Positions 28,177 through 43,596 of a stretch of 64,000 nucleotides of DNA are shown piece after piece (position 1 is the first letter of the stretch; every line of letters begins with the position of its first letter). Under the pieces are notes generated by a model. That model did not search any database and was not told where the DNA came from. It worked only from the letters and a program-made list of their open reading frames with translations. The stretch comes from the human T2T-CHM13v2.0 reference genome, Homo sapiens, in NCBI RefSeq assembly GCF_009914755.1, contig NC_060940.1. One strand, written 5' to 3'. A program made the position numbers and the translations under genes.

Positions 28177-31100
28177 GCCCGTTCGATAATTCCATTTGAG
28201 TCCAATCAATGATTCCATTCATTTCCATTCAATGATTCCATTCGAGTCCATTTGATCATTCCGGTAGGGTCCGTTCGATGTTGATTCCATTGGAGTGCAT
28301 TCGATGATTCCATTCGAGTCCATTTTATGATTTGATTCGAGTCCTTTCGATGATTCCATTCGATTCCACTCGATGATGATTTCATTCGAGTCCATTCGAC
28401 ACTTCCAATCGATTCCATTTGATGTTTCCATTCGAGTCCAATTGATGATTCCATTCAATTCCATTCGATGATGATTCCGTACGATTCCATTCTGTGATGA
28501 TTCCATGTGATTGCATTCAATGATGATTCCTTTCGATTGCATTCGATTATGATTCATTTCGTGTTCATTCTATGGTTCCACAGGTTTCCATTCGATGACG
28601 TTTCCGTTCGTGTCCATTCCATTATTCCATTCTATTTCATTTGATGATGATTTCATTCGATTCCATTCATTGGTGATTCCACTCAATTCCATTCAATGAT
28701 TCCATTCCATTTCTTTAAACAATGATTCCGTTAGTTTCTATTCGATGATCCACTTGATTCCATTTGGCGATGATTCCATTCTTGTCCATTCGATGATTCC
28801 GTTTGATTCCATATGATGATGATTCCATTCGATTCCATACCATGATGATTCCATTCGTGTCCATTCAATGGTGATTCCATTCAATTCCATTCGATGATTC
28901 CTTCCGATTCCATTCGATGATGATGGCATTCGATTCCTTTCAATCATTCCCTTTGATTCCATTCAAAGGTGATTTCATTCAAGTCCATTCGATAATTGCA
29001 TTCGATTCCATTCTATGATGATTCCATTCGAGTCCATTTGATGATTCCATTCAATTCAAGTCAATGATGATTCCATTCGATTCCACTCGATGATTCCATT
29101 GGATTCCATTCGATGATGATTCCATTCAAATCCATTCGATAATTCAATTCAAGTCCATTCGATGATGATTCCAATCGAATCCATTCAAAGATTCCATTCA
29201 ATTCCATTCGATGATGATTCCCTTAGATTCCATTCGATGATTCCACTTGATTCCATTTAAGATGATTCCATTTGATTCCATGTGATGAATCCATTCAATT
29301 CTATTCAATGATGTTTCCATTTGATTCCATTGGACCATGATTGCCTTTGATTCCATTCAATGATTCCATTCGGTTCCATTTGATGATGATTCCGTTCGAT
29401 TCCATTTCATTATTCCATTTGATTCCATTGGATGAGTCCATTCGATTACATTCGATGATTATTCCATTCGAGTGCATTAGATGATTGCATTCGTGTCCAT
29501 TCGATGATTCCATTCGATTCCATTCGATGTTGATTCTGTTCAAATCCATTCGATGATTCCACTCGATTCCATTCGATGACTCCATTTGATCCCTTTCGAT
29601 GATTTCCTGTGATTCCCTTTGATGATCATTCTATTTGATTCAATTCGGTGATTTCATTTCATTCCATTCAGTGATGTTTCCATTCGACTGTATTCGATGA
29701 TGATTCCATTCGACTCCATTCGATTATGATTTCATTCAATTCCATTCCATAATGATTCCCTTCGAGTCCATTCGATGATTCCATTCGATTCCATTCAACG
29801 ATGATTTGATTCGTTTCCATTCGATGATTCCATTTGATTCCACTTGATGATGATTCCATTCGAGTCCATTTGATGATTCCATTCGAGTCTATTTATGTAT
29901 TATATTCATGTCCACTTCATGATTCCATTCAATTCCATTTAATGTTGATTCCATTTGATTCCATTTGATGATTCAGTTCGATTCCTTGCAATGATTCCCT
30001 ACGATTCCTTTCTATGATGATTCCATTCGATTCCATTCATTGATGATTTCATTCGACTCCATTCGATGATGATTCCTTTCGATTCCATTTGACGATGTTT
30101 CCATTCGAGTCCATTCGATGATGATTCTATTCAATTCTGTTCTATTATGATTCCATTCGATTTCATTCAATGCTTCTATTTGATTCCATTCGATGATGAT
30201 TCCATCTCTTTCCCTTCGATGATTCCATTTGATTCCATTCAGTGATGATTCCATTGGATTCCATCTGATGATGATTTCACTTGATTCCTTTCAATGATGA
30301 TTCAATTCAAGTCCATTCGATGATTCCATTGTAGTCCAAACGATCATTCCGTTCGATTCCATTCAATGGTGATTCCATTCATGTCCATTCGATGAATCCA
30401 TTCAATTCCATTCGATGATGACTCCATTCGAGTACATTCGATGATTCCATTTGATTCCATTTGAAGATGATTCCATTCAATTCCATTCGAAGATGATTCC
30501 ATTCAATTCCATTCGATGATGATTCCGTATGAATCCATTCTCTGATTATTCCATTCGATTCCATTCATTGACGATTCCATTCAATTCCATTCAATGATGA
30601 TTCTCTTCTATTCCATTCGATGATTCCGGTCGATTCCATTCGATGATGATTCCATTAGATTCCATTCGACTGTTGCATTCGATTCCCTTCGATGATGATT
30701 CCTTTGAATTCCATTCGATTATCATTCCGTATGAATCCATTTGATGATTATTCCATTGGATTCCTTTCGATGATGATTCCATTCGATTCCATTTGATGAT
30801 GTTTCTCTTGTATTCCATTGGATAATTCCTTTCAGTTCCCTTCGATGATTATTCTTTCGAGTCAATTCGATGATTCTATTCCATTCCCTTCGATGATGAT
30901 TCCATTTCACTCCATTTGATGATTCCATTCGACTCAATTTGGTGATGATTCAATTCGATGATATTCGATGACTCCATTCAATTTCATTTGATGATGATTA
31001 CATTCGAGTCCATTTGATGATTGTATTCCTTTCCTTTTGATGATTATTCCATTCGTGTCTATTCAAAGGTTCCATTCTATTCCATTCAATGATGATTGCA

Positions 31101-34100
31101 TTTGATTCCATTCAATGATTATGGCTATCGATTCCACTCGTTGATTCCATTTGATTCCGTTCGATGATTATTCCGTTAGATTCCATTAGAAGATTCCATT
31201 CGATTTTATTCAATGATTCCAATGGATTCCATTCAATGATGATTCCATTCGATTCCATTCAGTGATTCCATTCGAGTCCATTTGATGATTCCATTCCTTT
31301 CCATTTGATGATGATTCCATTAGGGTCCATTCAATGATTCCATTCGAGTCCATTCGTTAATGCCTTTCGAGTCCTTTTGATCACTACATTCGAGTCCATT
31401 CAATGATTCTATTCGATTCCATTCCATGATGATTCCATTCGAGTTCATTCGATGATTGCATTCGAGTCCATTTGATGATTCCATATGATTCCCTTCGACA
31501 ATGATTCCATTCGTGTCCATTTGATGATTCCATTCATTTCCTATCGATGAAGATTCCATTCAAGTGTATTCGATGATTCCATTCAAATCCATTCGATGAT
31601 GATTCCATTCCAGTCCATTCGATGATTCCACTTGATTCCATTTGATGACTATTCCATTCAAATCCATTTGATGATTCCATTCGATTCCATTCGATGTTAC
31701 CATTCGAGTATATACGATGATTCCACTCGATTCCATTTGATGATTATTCCATTGGAGTCCACTTAGTGAATCCTTTAGATTCTACTCGAAGATGATTCCA
31801 TTCGAGTCCATTCGATGATACCATTCAATTCCATTCGTTGATGCTTCCATTCAAGTGCATTCGATGATATCATTCGATTCCATTTGATGATAATTCCATT
31901 TGATTCCATGCGATGATTCTATTCGATTCCATTCAATGATAATTCCATTCAATTCAGTGATTCCTCTGGACTCCATTTGATGATGATTCCATTCAATGAT
32001 TCCATTCGATTCTATTCGAAAATGATTCCATTTGAATCCATTTGATGATGATTCCATTGGATTCCATTTGATGATTCCATTCGATTCCATTCGATGATGA
32101 TTCCATTCGATTCCTTTTGATGAATCCATTCTATTGTATTCGATGATGATTCCATTCGATTCCATTCGATGATGATTGGATTCGATTCCATTTGATGATT
32201 TCATTTGATTCCATTCGATAATGATTTCGATCAATTCCATTCGATGATTCCATTCGATTCCATTCGATAATGATTACATCCGAGTCCATTCGATGATTCC
32301 ATTTGAGCCTGTTCGATAATTCCATTTGAGTCCAACCAATGATTCCATTCATTTCCATTCAATGATTCCATTCGAGTCCATTTGATCATTCCGGTAGGGT
32401 CCATTCGATGTTGATTCCATTGGAGTGCATTCGATGATTCCATTCGAGTCCATTTTAGGATTTGATTCGAGTCCTTTCGATGATTCCATTCGATTCCACT
32501 CGATGATGATTTCATTCGAGTCCATTCGACACTTCCAATCGATTCCATTTGATGATTCCATTCGAGTCCAATTGATGATTCCATTCAATTCCATTCGATG
32601 ATGATTCCGTACGATTCCATTCTGTGATGATTCCATGTGATTGCATTCAATGATGATTCCTTTCGATTGCATTCGATTATGATTCATTTCGTGTTCATTC
32701 TATGGTTCCACAGGTTTCCATTCGATGATGTTTCCATTCGTGTCCATTCCATTATTCCATTATATTCCATTTGAAGATGATTCCATTCGATTCCATTCAT
32801 TGGTGATTCCACTCAATTCCATTCAATGATTCCATTCCATTTCTTTCAACAATGATTCCATTAGTTTCTATTCGATGATCCACTTGATTCCATTTGACGA
32901 TGATTCCATTCTTGTCCATTCGATGATTCCATTTGATTCCATATGATGATGATTCCATTCGATTCCATACGATGATGATTCCATTCGAGTCCATTCAATG
33001 GTGATTCCATTCAATTCCATTCGATGATTCCTTCCGATTCCATTCAATGATGATGGCATTCGATTCCTTTCAATCATTCCCTTTGATTCCATTCAAAGGT
33101 GATTTCATTCAAGTCCATTCGATAATTGCATTCGATTCCATTCTATGATGATTCCATTCGAGTCCATTTGATGATTCCATTCAATTCAAGTCAATGATGA
33201 TTCCATTCGATTCCACTCGATGATTCCATTGGATTCCATTCGATGATGATTCCATTCAAATCCATTCGATAATTCAAGTCCATTCGATGATGATTCCAAT
33301 CGAATCCATTCAAAGATTCCACTCAATTCCATTCGATGATGATTCCCTTAGATTCCATTCGATGATTCCACTTGATTCCATTTACGATGATTCCATTCGA
33401 TTCCATGTGATGATTCCATTCAATTCTATTCAATGATGTTTCCACTTGATTCCATTCGAACATGATTGCCTTTGATTCCATTCAATGATTCCATACGGTT
33501 CCATTTGATGATGATTCCATTCGAGTGCATTAGATGATTCCATTCGAGTCCATTCGATGATTCCATTCGATTCCATTCGATGTTGATTCTGTTCAAATCC
33601 ATTCGATGATTCCACTCGATTCCATTCGATGACTCCATTTGATCCCATTCGATGATTTCCTTTGATTCCCTTTGATGATCATTCCATTTGATTCAATTCG
33701 GTGATTTCATTTGATTCCATTCAGTGATGTTTCCATTCAACTCCTTTCGATGATGATTCCATTCGACTCCATTCGATTATGATTTCATTCAATTCCATTC
33801 GATAATGATTCCCTTCAAGTCCATTCGATGATTCCATTCGATTCCATTCAACGATGATTTGATTCGTGTCCATTCGATGATTCCATTTGATTCCATTTGA
33901 TGATTATTCCATTCGAGTCCCTTTGATGATTCCATTCAATTCCATTCTCCGATGATTTCTTTTGAGCCCATTCAATGCTTCCACTCGATTCCATATGATG
34001 ATGACTCCATTTGATGAAATTCCATGATGATTCCATTCGCTTGCATTCGATGATGATTCCACTTGAGTCCGTTAGAAGATTCTATTCAATTACATTCCAT

Positions 34101-34899
34101 GACGATTCTGTTCGAGTCCATTTGATGATTCCATTAGACTCCATTCGACGATGATTCCATTCGATGTTATTCGATGATGATTCCATTCAACTCCATTCGA
34201 TGTTTCCATTCGAGTTCATTCTATTATTCCATTAGATTCCATTCGATGATGATTCCATTCGATTCCATTTGATGATTGCATTCTATTTCATTTGATGATG
34301 ATTCCATTCGAGTCCATTCGATGATTCCATTCGAGTCCATTTAATGAATCCATTGGTTTCAATTCTATGATGATTACATTGGATTCCATTCGTTGATGAT
34401 TTCATTCGATTCCATTCAATGATGATTCCATTCAATTCCATTCAATGATTCCATTCAATTCCATACGATGATGATTCCATTTGATTTGATTCGACAGTGA
34501 ACCATTCGATTCAATTCCATGATGATTCTATTTGATTCAATTGGTTGACATTTCCATTCGATTCCATTCGATGATGATTCCATTTGATTCCATTCAAAGA
34601 TGATTCCATTCTAGCCCATTCAATCATTCCATTCGATTCTATTCAATGATGATTCCATTCATGTCGATTTGGTGATTCCATTTGACTTCATTTGATGATG
34701 ATTCCTTTCAACTTCATTAGTTGATTCCATTCAATTCCATTTGATGATGATCCCATTCGAGTCCATTCAGTGATTCCACTCGTTTCCATTCCATGATGAT
34801 TCCATTCCATTCCATTCAATGATTCCATTCGATTCCGTTTGATGATGATTTCATTCGAGTCCATTTGATGATTCCATTTGATTCCATTCGATGATGATT
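28177..34899 (+). repeat. 9,983-bp super-repeat, copy 2 (truncated by a complex junction)
   Basis: Colinear with 18194-24918 (offset 9983, then 9986, then 9981 after +3 and -5 indels); colinearity is lost at ~34900. Confidence 0.9.
29885..31715 (+). repeat. Module B, copy 2 (complete)
   Basis: Same start and end words as copy 1; offset 9983. Confidence 0.93.
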
Positions 34900-35039
34900 C
34901 CATTCGATTCCATTCGATGATGATTGGATTCGATTCCATTTGATGATTTCATTTGATTCCATTCGTTAATGATTTCGATCAATTCCATTCGATGATTCCA
35001 TTCGATTCCATTCGATAATGATTACATCCGAGTCCATTC

Positions 35040-35494
35040 AGTGATTCCATTCGAGTCCATTTGATGATTCCATTCTTTTCCATTTGATGATGATTCCATT
35101 AGGGTCCATTCAATGATTCCATTCGAGTCCATTCGTTAATGCCTTTCGAGTCCTTTTGATCACTACATTCGAGTCCATTCAATGATTCTATTCGATTCCA
35201 TTCCATGATGATTCCATTCGAGTTCATTCGATGATTGCATTCGAGTCCATTTGATGATTCCATATGATTCCCTTCGACAATGATTCCATTCGTGTCCATT
35301 TGATGATTCCATTCATTTCCTATCGATGAAGATTCCATTCAAGTGTATTCGATGATTCCATTCAAATCCATTCGATGATGATTCCATTCCAGTCCATTCG
35401 ATCATTCCACTTGATTCCATTTGATGACTATTCCATTCAAATCCATTTGATGATTCCATTCGATTCCATTCGATGTTACCATTCGAGTATATAC
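35040..35494 (+). repeat. Module B, 3' fragment only (~455 bp)
   Basis: Matches 21278-21732 at offset 13762 (marker ORF 21337/35099). Confidence 0.88.
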
Positions 35495-38400
35495 GATGAT
35501 TCCACTCGATTCCATGTGATGATTATTCCATTGGAGTCCACTTAGTGAATCCTTTAGATTCTACTCGAAGATGATTCCATTCGAGTCCATTCGATGATAC
35601 CATTCAATTCCATTCGTTGATGCTTCCATTCAAGTGCATTCGATGATATCATTCGATTCCATTTGATGATAATTCCATTTGATTCCATGCGATGATTCTA
35701 TTCGATTCCATTCAATGATAATTCCATTCAATTCAGTGATTCCTCTGGACTCCATTTGATGATGATTCCATTCAATGATTCCATTCGATTCTATTCGAAA
35801 ATGATTCCATTTGAATCCATTTGATGATGATTCCATTGGATTCCATTTGATGATTCCATTCGATTCCATTCGATGATGATTCCATTCGATTCCTTTTGAT
35901 GAATCCATTCTATTGTATTCGATGATGATTCCATTCGATTCCATTCGATGATGATTGGATTCGATTCCATTTGATGATTTCATTTGATTCCATTCGATAA
36001 TGATTTCGATCAATTCCATTCGATGATTCCATTCGATTCCATTCGATAATGATTACATCCGAGTCCATTCGATGATTCCATTTGAGCCCGTTCGATAATT
36101 CCATTTGAGTCCAATCAATGATTCCATTCATTTCCATTCACTGATTCCATTCGAGTCCATTTGATCATTCCGGTAGGGTCTGTTCGATGTTGATTCCATT
36201 GGAGTGCATTCGATGATTCCATTCGAGTCCATTTTAGGATTTGATTCGAGTCCTTTCGATGATTCCATTCGATTCCACTCGATGATTTCATTCGAGTCCA
36301 TTCGACACTTCCAATCGATTCCATTTGATGTTTCCATTCGATTCCAATTGATGATTCCATTCAATTCCATTCGATGATGATTCCGTACGATTCCATTCTG
36401 TGATGATTCCATGTGATTGCATTCAATGATGATTCCTTTCGATTGCATTCGATTATGATTCATTTCGTGTTCATTCTATGGTTCCACAGGTTTCCATTCG
36501 ATGATGTTTCCATTCGTGTCCATTCCATTATTCCATTCTATTCCATTTGAAGATGATTCCATTCGATTCCATTCATTGGTGATTCCACTCAATTCCATTC
36601 AATGATTCCATTCCATTTCTTTCAACAATGATTCCATTAGTTTCTATTCGATGATCCACTTGATTCCATTTGACGATGATTCCATTCGTGTCCATTCGAT
36701 GATTCCATTTGATTCCATATGATGATGATTCCATTCGATTCCATACGATGATGATTCCATTCGAGTCCATTCAATGGTGATTCCATTCAATTCCATTCGA
36801 TGATTCCTTCCGATTCCATTCAATGATGATGGCATTCGATTCCTTTCGATCATTCCCTTTGATTCCATTCAAAGGTGATTTCATTCAAGTCCATTCGATA
36901 ATTGCATTCGATTCCATTCTACGATGATTCCATTCGAGTCCATTTGATGATTCCATTCAATTCAAGTCAATGATGATTCCATTCGATTCCACTCGATGAT
37001 TCCATTGGATTCCATTCGATGATGATTCCATTCAAATCCATTCGATAATTCAATTCAAGTCCATTCGATGATGATTGCAATCGAATCCATTCAAAGATTC
37101 CACTCAATTCCATTCGATGATGATTCCCTTAGATTCCATTCGATGATTCCACTTGATTCCATTTACGATGATTCCATTCGATTCCATGTGATGATTCCAT
37201 TCAATTCTATTCAATGATGTTTCCACTTGATTCCATTCGAACATGATTGCCTTTGATTCCATTCAATGATTCCACACGGTTCCATTTGATGATGATTCCA
37301 TTCGAGTGCATTAGATGATTCCATTCGAGTCCATTCGATGATTCCATTCGATTCCATTCGATGTTGATTCTGTTCAAATCCATTCGATGATTCCACTCGA
37401 TTCCATTCGATGACTCCATTTGATCCCATTCGATGATTTCCTTTGATTCCCTTTGATGATCATTCCATTTGATTCAATTCGGTGATTTCATTTGATTCCA
37501 TTCAGTGATGTTTCCATTCAACTCCTTTCGATGATGATTCCATTCGACTCCATTCGATTATGATTTCATTCAATTCCATTCGATAATGATTCCCTTCAAG
37601 TCCATTCGATGATTCCATTCGATTCCATTCAACGATGATTTGATTCGTGTCCATTCGATGATTCCATTTGATTCCATTTGATGATGATTCCATTCGAGTC
37701 CCTTTGATGATTCCATTCAATTCCATTCTCCGATGATTTCTTTTGAGCCCATTCAATGCTTCCACTCGATTCCATATGATGATGACTCCATTCGATGAAA
37801 TTCCATGATGATTCCATTCGCTTGCATTCGATGATGATTCCACTTGAGTCCGTTAGAAGATTCTATTCAATTACATTCCATGACGATTCTGTTCGAGTCC
37901 ATTTGATGATTCCATTAGACTCCATTCGACGATGATTCCATTCGATGTTATTCGATGATGATTCCATTCAACTCCATTCGATGTTTCCATTCGAGTTCAT
38001 TCTATTATTCCATTAGATTCCATTCGATGATGATTCCATTCGATTCCATTTGATGATTGCATTCTATTTCATTTGATGATGATTCCATTCGAGTCCATTC
38101 GATGATTCCATTCGAGTCCATTTAATGAATCCATTGGTTTCAATTCTATGATGATTACATTGGATTCCATTCGTTGATGATTTCATTCGATTCCATTCAA
38201 TGATGATTCCATTCAATTCCATTCAATGATTCCATTCAATTCCATACGATGATGATTCCATTTGATTTGATTCGACAGTGAGCCATTCGATTCAATTCCA
38301 TGATGATTCTATTTGATTCAATTGGTTGACATTTCCATTCGATTCCATTCGATGATGATTCCATTTGATTCCATTCAAAGATGATTCCATTCTAGCCCAT

Positions 38401-41347
38401 TCAATCATTCCATTCGATTCTATTCAATGATGATTCCATTCATGTCGATTTGGTGATTCCATTTGACTTCATTTGATGATGATTCCTTTCAAGTTCATTG
38501 GATGATTCCATTCGATTCCATTTGATGATGATCCCATTCGAGTCCATTCAGTGATTCCACTCGTTTCCATTCCATGATGATTCCATTCCATTCCATTCAA
38601 TGATTCCATTCGATTCCGTTTGATGATGATTTCATTCGAGTCCATTTGATGATTCCATTTGATTCCATTCGATGATGATTACATTCGAGTCCATACGATG
38701 ATTCCACTCAATTCCATATGATGATGATTCCATTCGATTCCATTCGATGATTCCATTCTATTCTATTCAATGGTGATTCCATTCGAGTACATTAGATGAT
38801 TCCATTCGATTCCATTCAATGATGATTCTATTTGTGTCCCTTAGATGGTTCCACATGATTCCATTTCATGATGATACTATTTGAGCCCATCCAATGATTC
38901 CCTTCGATTCCATTCGATGAGGATTCCATTCGATTCAATTCATTGGTGATTCTATTCAATTCAATTCTTTGATTCCATTCCATTCCATTCGACAATGATT
39001 CCATTCGATTTCTTTCGATGATTCCACTCGATTCCACTTGACATTGATTCCATTCGATTCCATTCAATGATTCCGTTTGATTCCAGTGGATGATGATTGC
39101 CATCGATTCCATTCGATCACTCCATTCTATTCCATTTGATGATGATTACATTCGATTCCATTTGATGATTCCATCTGATTCTATTCGAGGATTCCATTTG
39201 ATTCCATTCGATGATGATTCCATTCGAGTGCATTCGATGATTTCATTCGAGTACATCCAATGATTCCATTCGAGTCCATTTGATGATTCCATTTGATTCC
39301 ATTTGATTATGATTCTACTAGAGTCCATTCAATGACTCCATTCGAATCCATTCTACAATTCCATTCGAGGCCATTCGATGATTCCATTTCATGATTCCAT
39401 TCGAGTCCATTTAATCATTACAGTCGAGTCCATTTGGTGATTCCACTGGATTTCTTTTGATAATGATACCATTCAATTACATTTGATGATGATCCCATTC
39501 AATTTCATTTGATGGTGATTCCATTAGAGTCCATTCGATGATTTCATTCGAGTCCCTTCATTGATTCCATCCGATTTCATTGGATGATGACTCCATTCGA
39601 GTCCATTCGATGATTCCACTCGATTCCATTAGATGATTCCATTGGAGTCCATTTGATTGTTCCATTCGATTCTATTCGATTCCTTTCGAAGATTATTCCA
39701 TTTGAGTCCATTCGATGATGATTCCATTCCATTCCATTCGATGATTCCGTTTGATTCCATTCGATGATTCCCTTCGATTCCTTTCTTTGATGATTCCATT
39801 CCATTCCATTCAATGATTCCATTCGAATCTATTCCATGATGATTCCTTTCGATTCCATTCGCTGATGTTTCCGTTCAATTCCATTCGATGATGATTCCAT
39901 TCGATTCCATTCATTGAGGATTCCATTTGATTCCATTCAATGATGATTCCATTCTATTCCATTCAATGATTGCATTCAATTCCATTCAATGATTATCCCC
40001 TTAGAGTAAACTCAACGATTCCATTCAATACCATTCGATGATGATTCCTTTTGAGTCCATTCAATGATTTCATTCAAGTCCATTTGATGATTCCTTTCAA
40101 TTCCATTCTATGATGATTCCATTCGAGTCCATTCGATGATTCCATTCGATTGCATTCGATGATTCCATTATATTCCATTCAACGATGATTCCATTCGAGT
40201 CCATTCGATGATTCCATTAGAGTACATTTAATGATTGCTTTGTTTTCAATTCGAAGATGATTACATTGGATTCCATTCTATGATACCATTCGATTCCATT
40301 CAATGATGATTCCACTCAAATCCATTGGATGATTCCATTCGTGTCCATTCTGTGATTTCATTAGATTCCATTCGAGGATGATTCCATTCGATTCCATTCG
40401 ATGATTCCATTCAATTCCATTCGATGATGATTCCATTCCAGTCCATATGATCATTCCATTTGATTTCATTCGATGATGATTCCATTCGATTCCATTCGAT
40501 GATTCCATTCTATTCCATTCGATGATGATTCCACTCGAGTCCATTCGATGATTCCATTCGAGTCCATTTAATGATTCCTTTGGGTTCAATTCAATGATGA
40601 TTACATTGGATTCCGTTCTATGATTCCATTCAATTCCGTTCATTGACAATTTGATTCCATTCGATGATGATTCCATTTGAGTTCATTCGATGATTCTATT
40701 CGATTCTCTTCGATGGTGATTCAATTCTATTATATTGGATGATTCCATTCGATTCCATTTGATGTTGATTCAATTCGATTCTATTCGATGATGATTCCAT
40801 TGGATTTCACTTGATGATTCTATTCGATTCCATTCAATGATGATTCACTTCTCGTCCATTGGATGATTCCATTTCATTCCATTCAATGATGATTCCATTC
40901 GATTCCATTCGATGATTCCATTTGATTCCATGCGTCGGTGAGCAATTCGATTCAATTCCATGATGATTCTATTTGGTTCAATTAGATGATGTTTCCATTC
41001 GAATCCATTCCATGATTATTCCATTGGAATCCATTCGGCGATGATTCCATATGAGTCAATTCAATGATGATTCCATATGGGTCCGTTCGATGATAATTCC
41101 ATTTGATTTCATTCGGTGCTTCTATTCAATTCCAGTCGATGATGATTCCGTTGGAGTCCATACGATGATTCCATTTGATTTCATTTGATGATGATTCCAT
41201 TCGATGATGATTACATTGGATTCCATTCTATGATTCCATTCAATTCCATTCGTTGATGATTCGATTCCATTCAATGATGATTCCATTTGAGTTCCTGCGA
41301 TGATTCTATTCGATTCCGTTCGATGGTGATTCAATTCTCTTATATTG
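35495..41347 (+). repeat. 5,853-bp variant unit, second complete copy
   Basis: 35630 to 41483 = 5853; same indel set; offset 13762 from the first copy. Confidence 0.92.
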
Positions 41348-43596
41348 GATGAATCCACTCGATTCCATTTGATGATTATTCCATTGGAGTCCACTTAGTG
41401 AATCCTTCAGATTCTACTTGAAGATGATTCCATTCAAGTCCATTCGATGATACCATTCAATTCCATTCGTTGATGCTTCCTTTCAAGTGCATTCGATGAT
41501 ATCATTCGATTCCATTTGATGATAATTCCATTTGATTCCATGCGATGATTCTATTCGATTCCATTCAATGATAATTCCATTCAGTTCAGTGATTCCTCTG
41601 GACTCCATTTGATGATGATTCCATTCAATGATTCCATTCGATTCTATTCGAAAATGATTCCATTTGAATCCATTTGATGATGATTCCATTAGATTCCATT
41701 TGATGATTCCATTCGATTCTATGCGACGATGATTCCATTCGATTCCATGTGATGATTCCATTCTATTCTATTCGATGATGATTCCATTCGATTCCATTCG
41801 ATGATGATTGGATTCGATTCCATTTGATGATTTCATTTGATTCCATTCGTTAATGATTTCGATCAATTCCATTCGATGATTCCATTCGATTCCATTCGAT
41901 AATGATTACATCCGTGTCCATTCAGTGATTCCATTTGAGCCTGTTCGATAATTCCATTTGAGTCCAACCAATGATTCCATTCATTTCCATTCAATGATTC
42001 CATTCGAGTCCATTTGATCATTCCGGTAGGGTCCATTCGATGTTGATTCCATTGGAGTGCATTCGATGATTCCATTCGAGTCCATTTTATGATTTGATTC
42101 GAGTCCTTTCGATGATTCCATTCGATTCCACTCGATGATGATTCATTCGAGTCCATTCGACACTTCCAATCGATTCCATTTGATGTTTCCATTCGAGTCC
42201 AATTGATGATTCCATTCAATTCCATTCGATGATGATTCCGTACGATTCCATTCTGTGATGATTCCATGTGATTGCATTCAATGATGATTCCTTTCGATTG
42301 CATTCGATTATGATTCATTTCGTGTTCATTCTATGGTTCCACAGGTTTCCATTCGATGACGTTTCCGTTCGTGTCCATTCCATTATTCCATTCTATTTCA
42401 TTTGATGATGATTCCATTCGATTCCATTCATTGGTGATTCCACTCAATTCCATTCAATGATTCCATTCCATTTCTTTCAACAATGATTCCATTAGTTTCT
42501 ATTCGATGATCCACTTGATTCCATTTGGCGATGATTCCATTCGTGTCCATTCGATGATTCCATTTGATTCCATATGATGATGATTCCATTCGATTCCATA
42601 CGATGATGATTCCATTCGAGTCCATTCAATGGTGATTCCATTCAATTCCATTCGATGATTCCTTCCGATTCCATTCGATGACGATGGCATTCGATTCCTT
42701 TCAATCATTCCCTTTGATTCCATTCAAAGGTGATTTCATTCAAGTCCATTCGATAATTGCATTCGATTCCATTCTATGATGATTCCATTCGAGTCCATTT
42801 GATGATTCCATTCAATTCAAGTCAATGATGATTCCATTCAATTCCACTCGATGATTCCATTGGATTCCATTCGATGATGATTCCATTCAAATCCATTCAA
42901 AGATTCCATTCAATTCCATTCGATGATGATTCCCTTAGATTCCATTCGATCATTCCACTTGATTCCATTTACGATGATTCCATTCTATTCCATGTGATGA
43001 TTCCATTCAATTCTATTCAATGATGTTTCCATTTGATTCCATTGGACCATGATTGCCTTTGATTCCATTCAATGATTCCATTCGGTTCCATTTGATGATG
43101 ATTCCGTTCGATTCCATTTCATTATTCCATTTGATTCCATTGGATGAGTCCATTCGATTACATTCGATGATTATTCCATTCGAGTGCATTAGATGATTGC
43201 ATTCGAGTCCATTCGATGATTCCATTCGATTCCATTCGATGTTGATTCTGTTCAAATCCATTCGATGATTCCACTCGATTCCATTCGATGACTCCATTTG
43301 ATCCCATTCGATGATTTCCTGTGATTCCCTTTGATGATCATTCTATTTGATTCAATTCGGTGATTTCATTTCATTCCATTCAGTGATGTTTCCATTCGAC
43401 TGTATTCGATGATGATTCCATTCGACTCCATTCGATTATGATTTCATTCAATTCCATTCAATAATGATTCCCTTCGAGTCCATTCGATGATTCCATTCGA
43501 TTCCATTCAACGATGATTTGATTCGTTTCCATTCGATGATTCCATTTGATTCCACTTGATGATGATTCCATTCGAGTCCATTTGATGATTCCATTC

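Noticed and set aside
41863-42318. Longest ORF (151 aa), which looks like a fusion protein
   Set aside because: It is created by a 1-bp T loss at ~42142 (GATTCATT vs GATTTCATT) that joins two overlapping spurious frames; this may be a homopolymer sequencing error.
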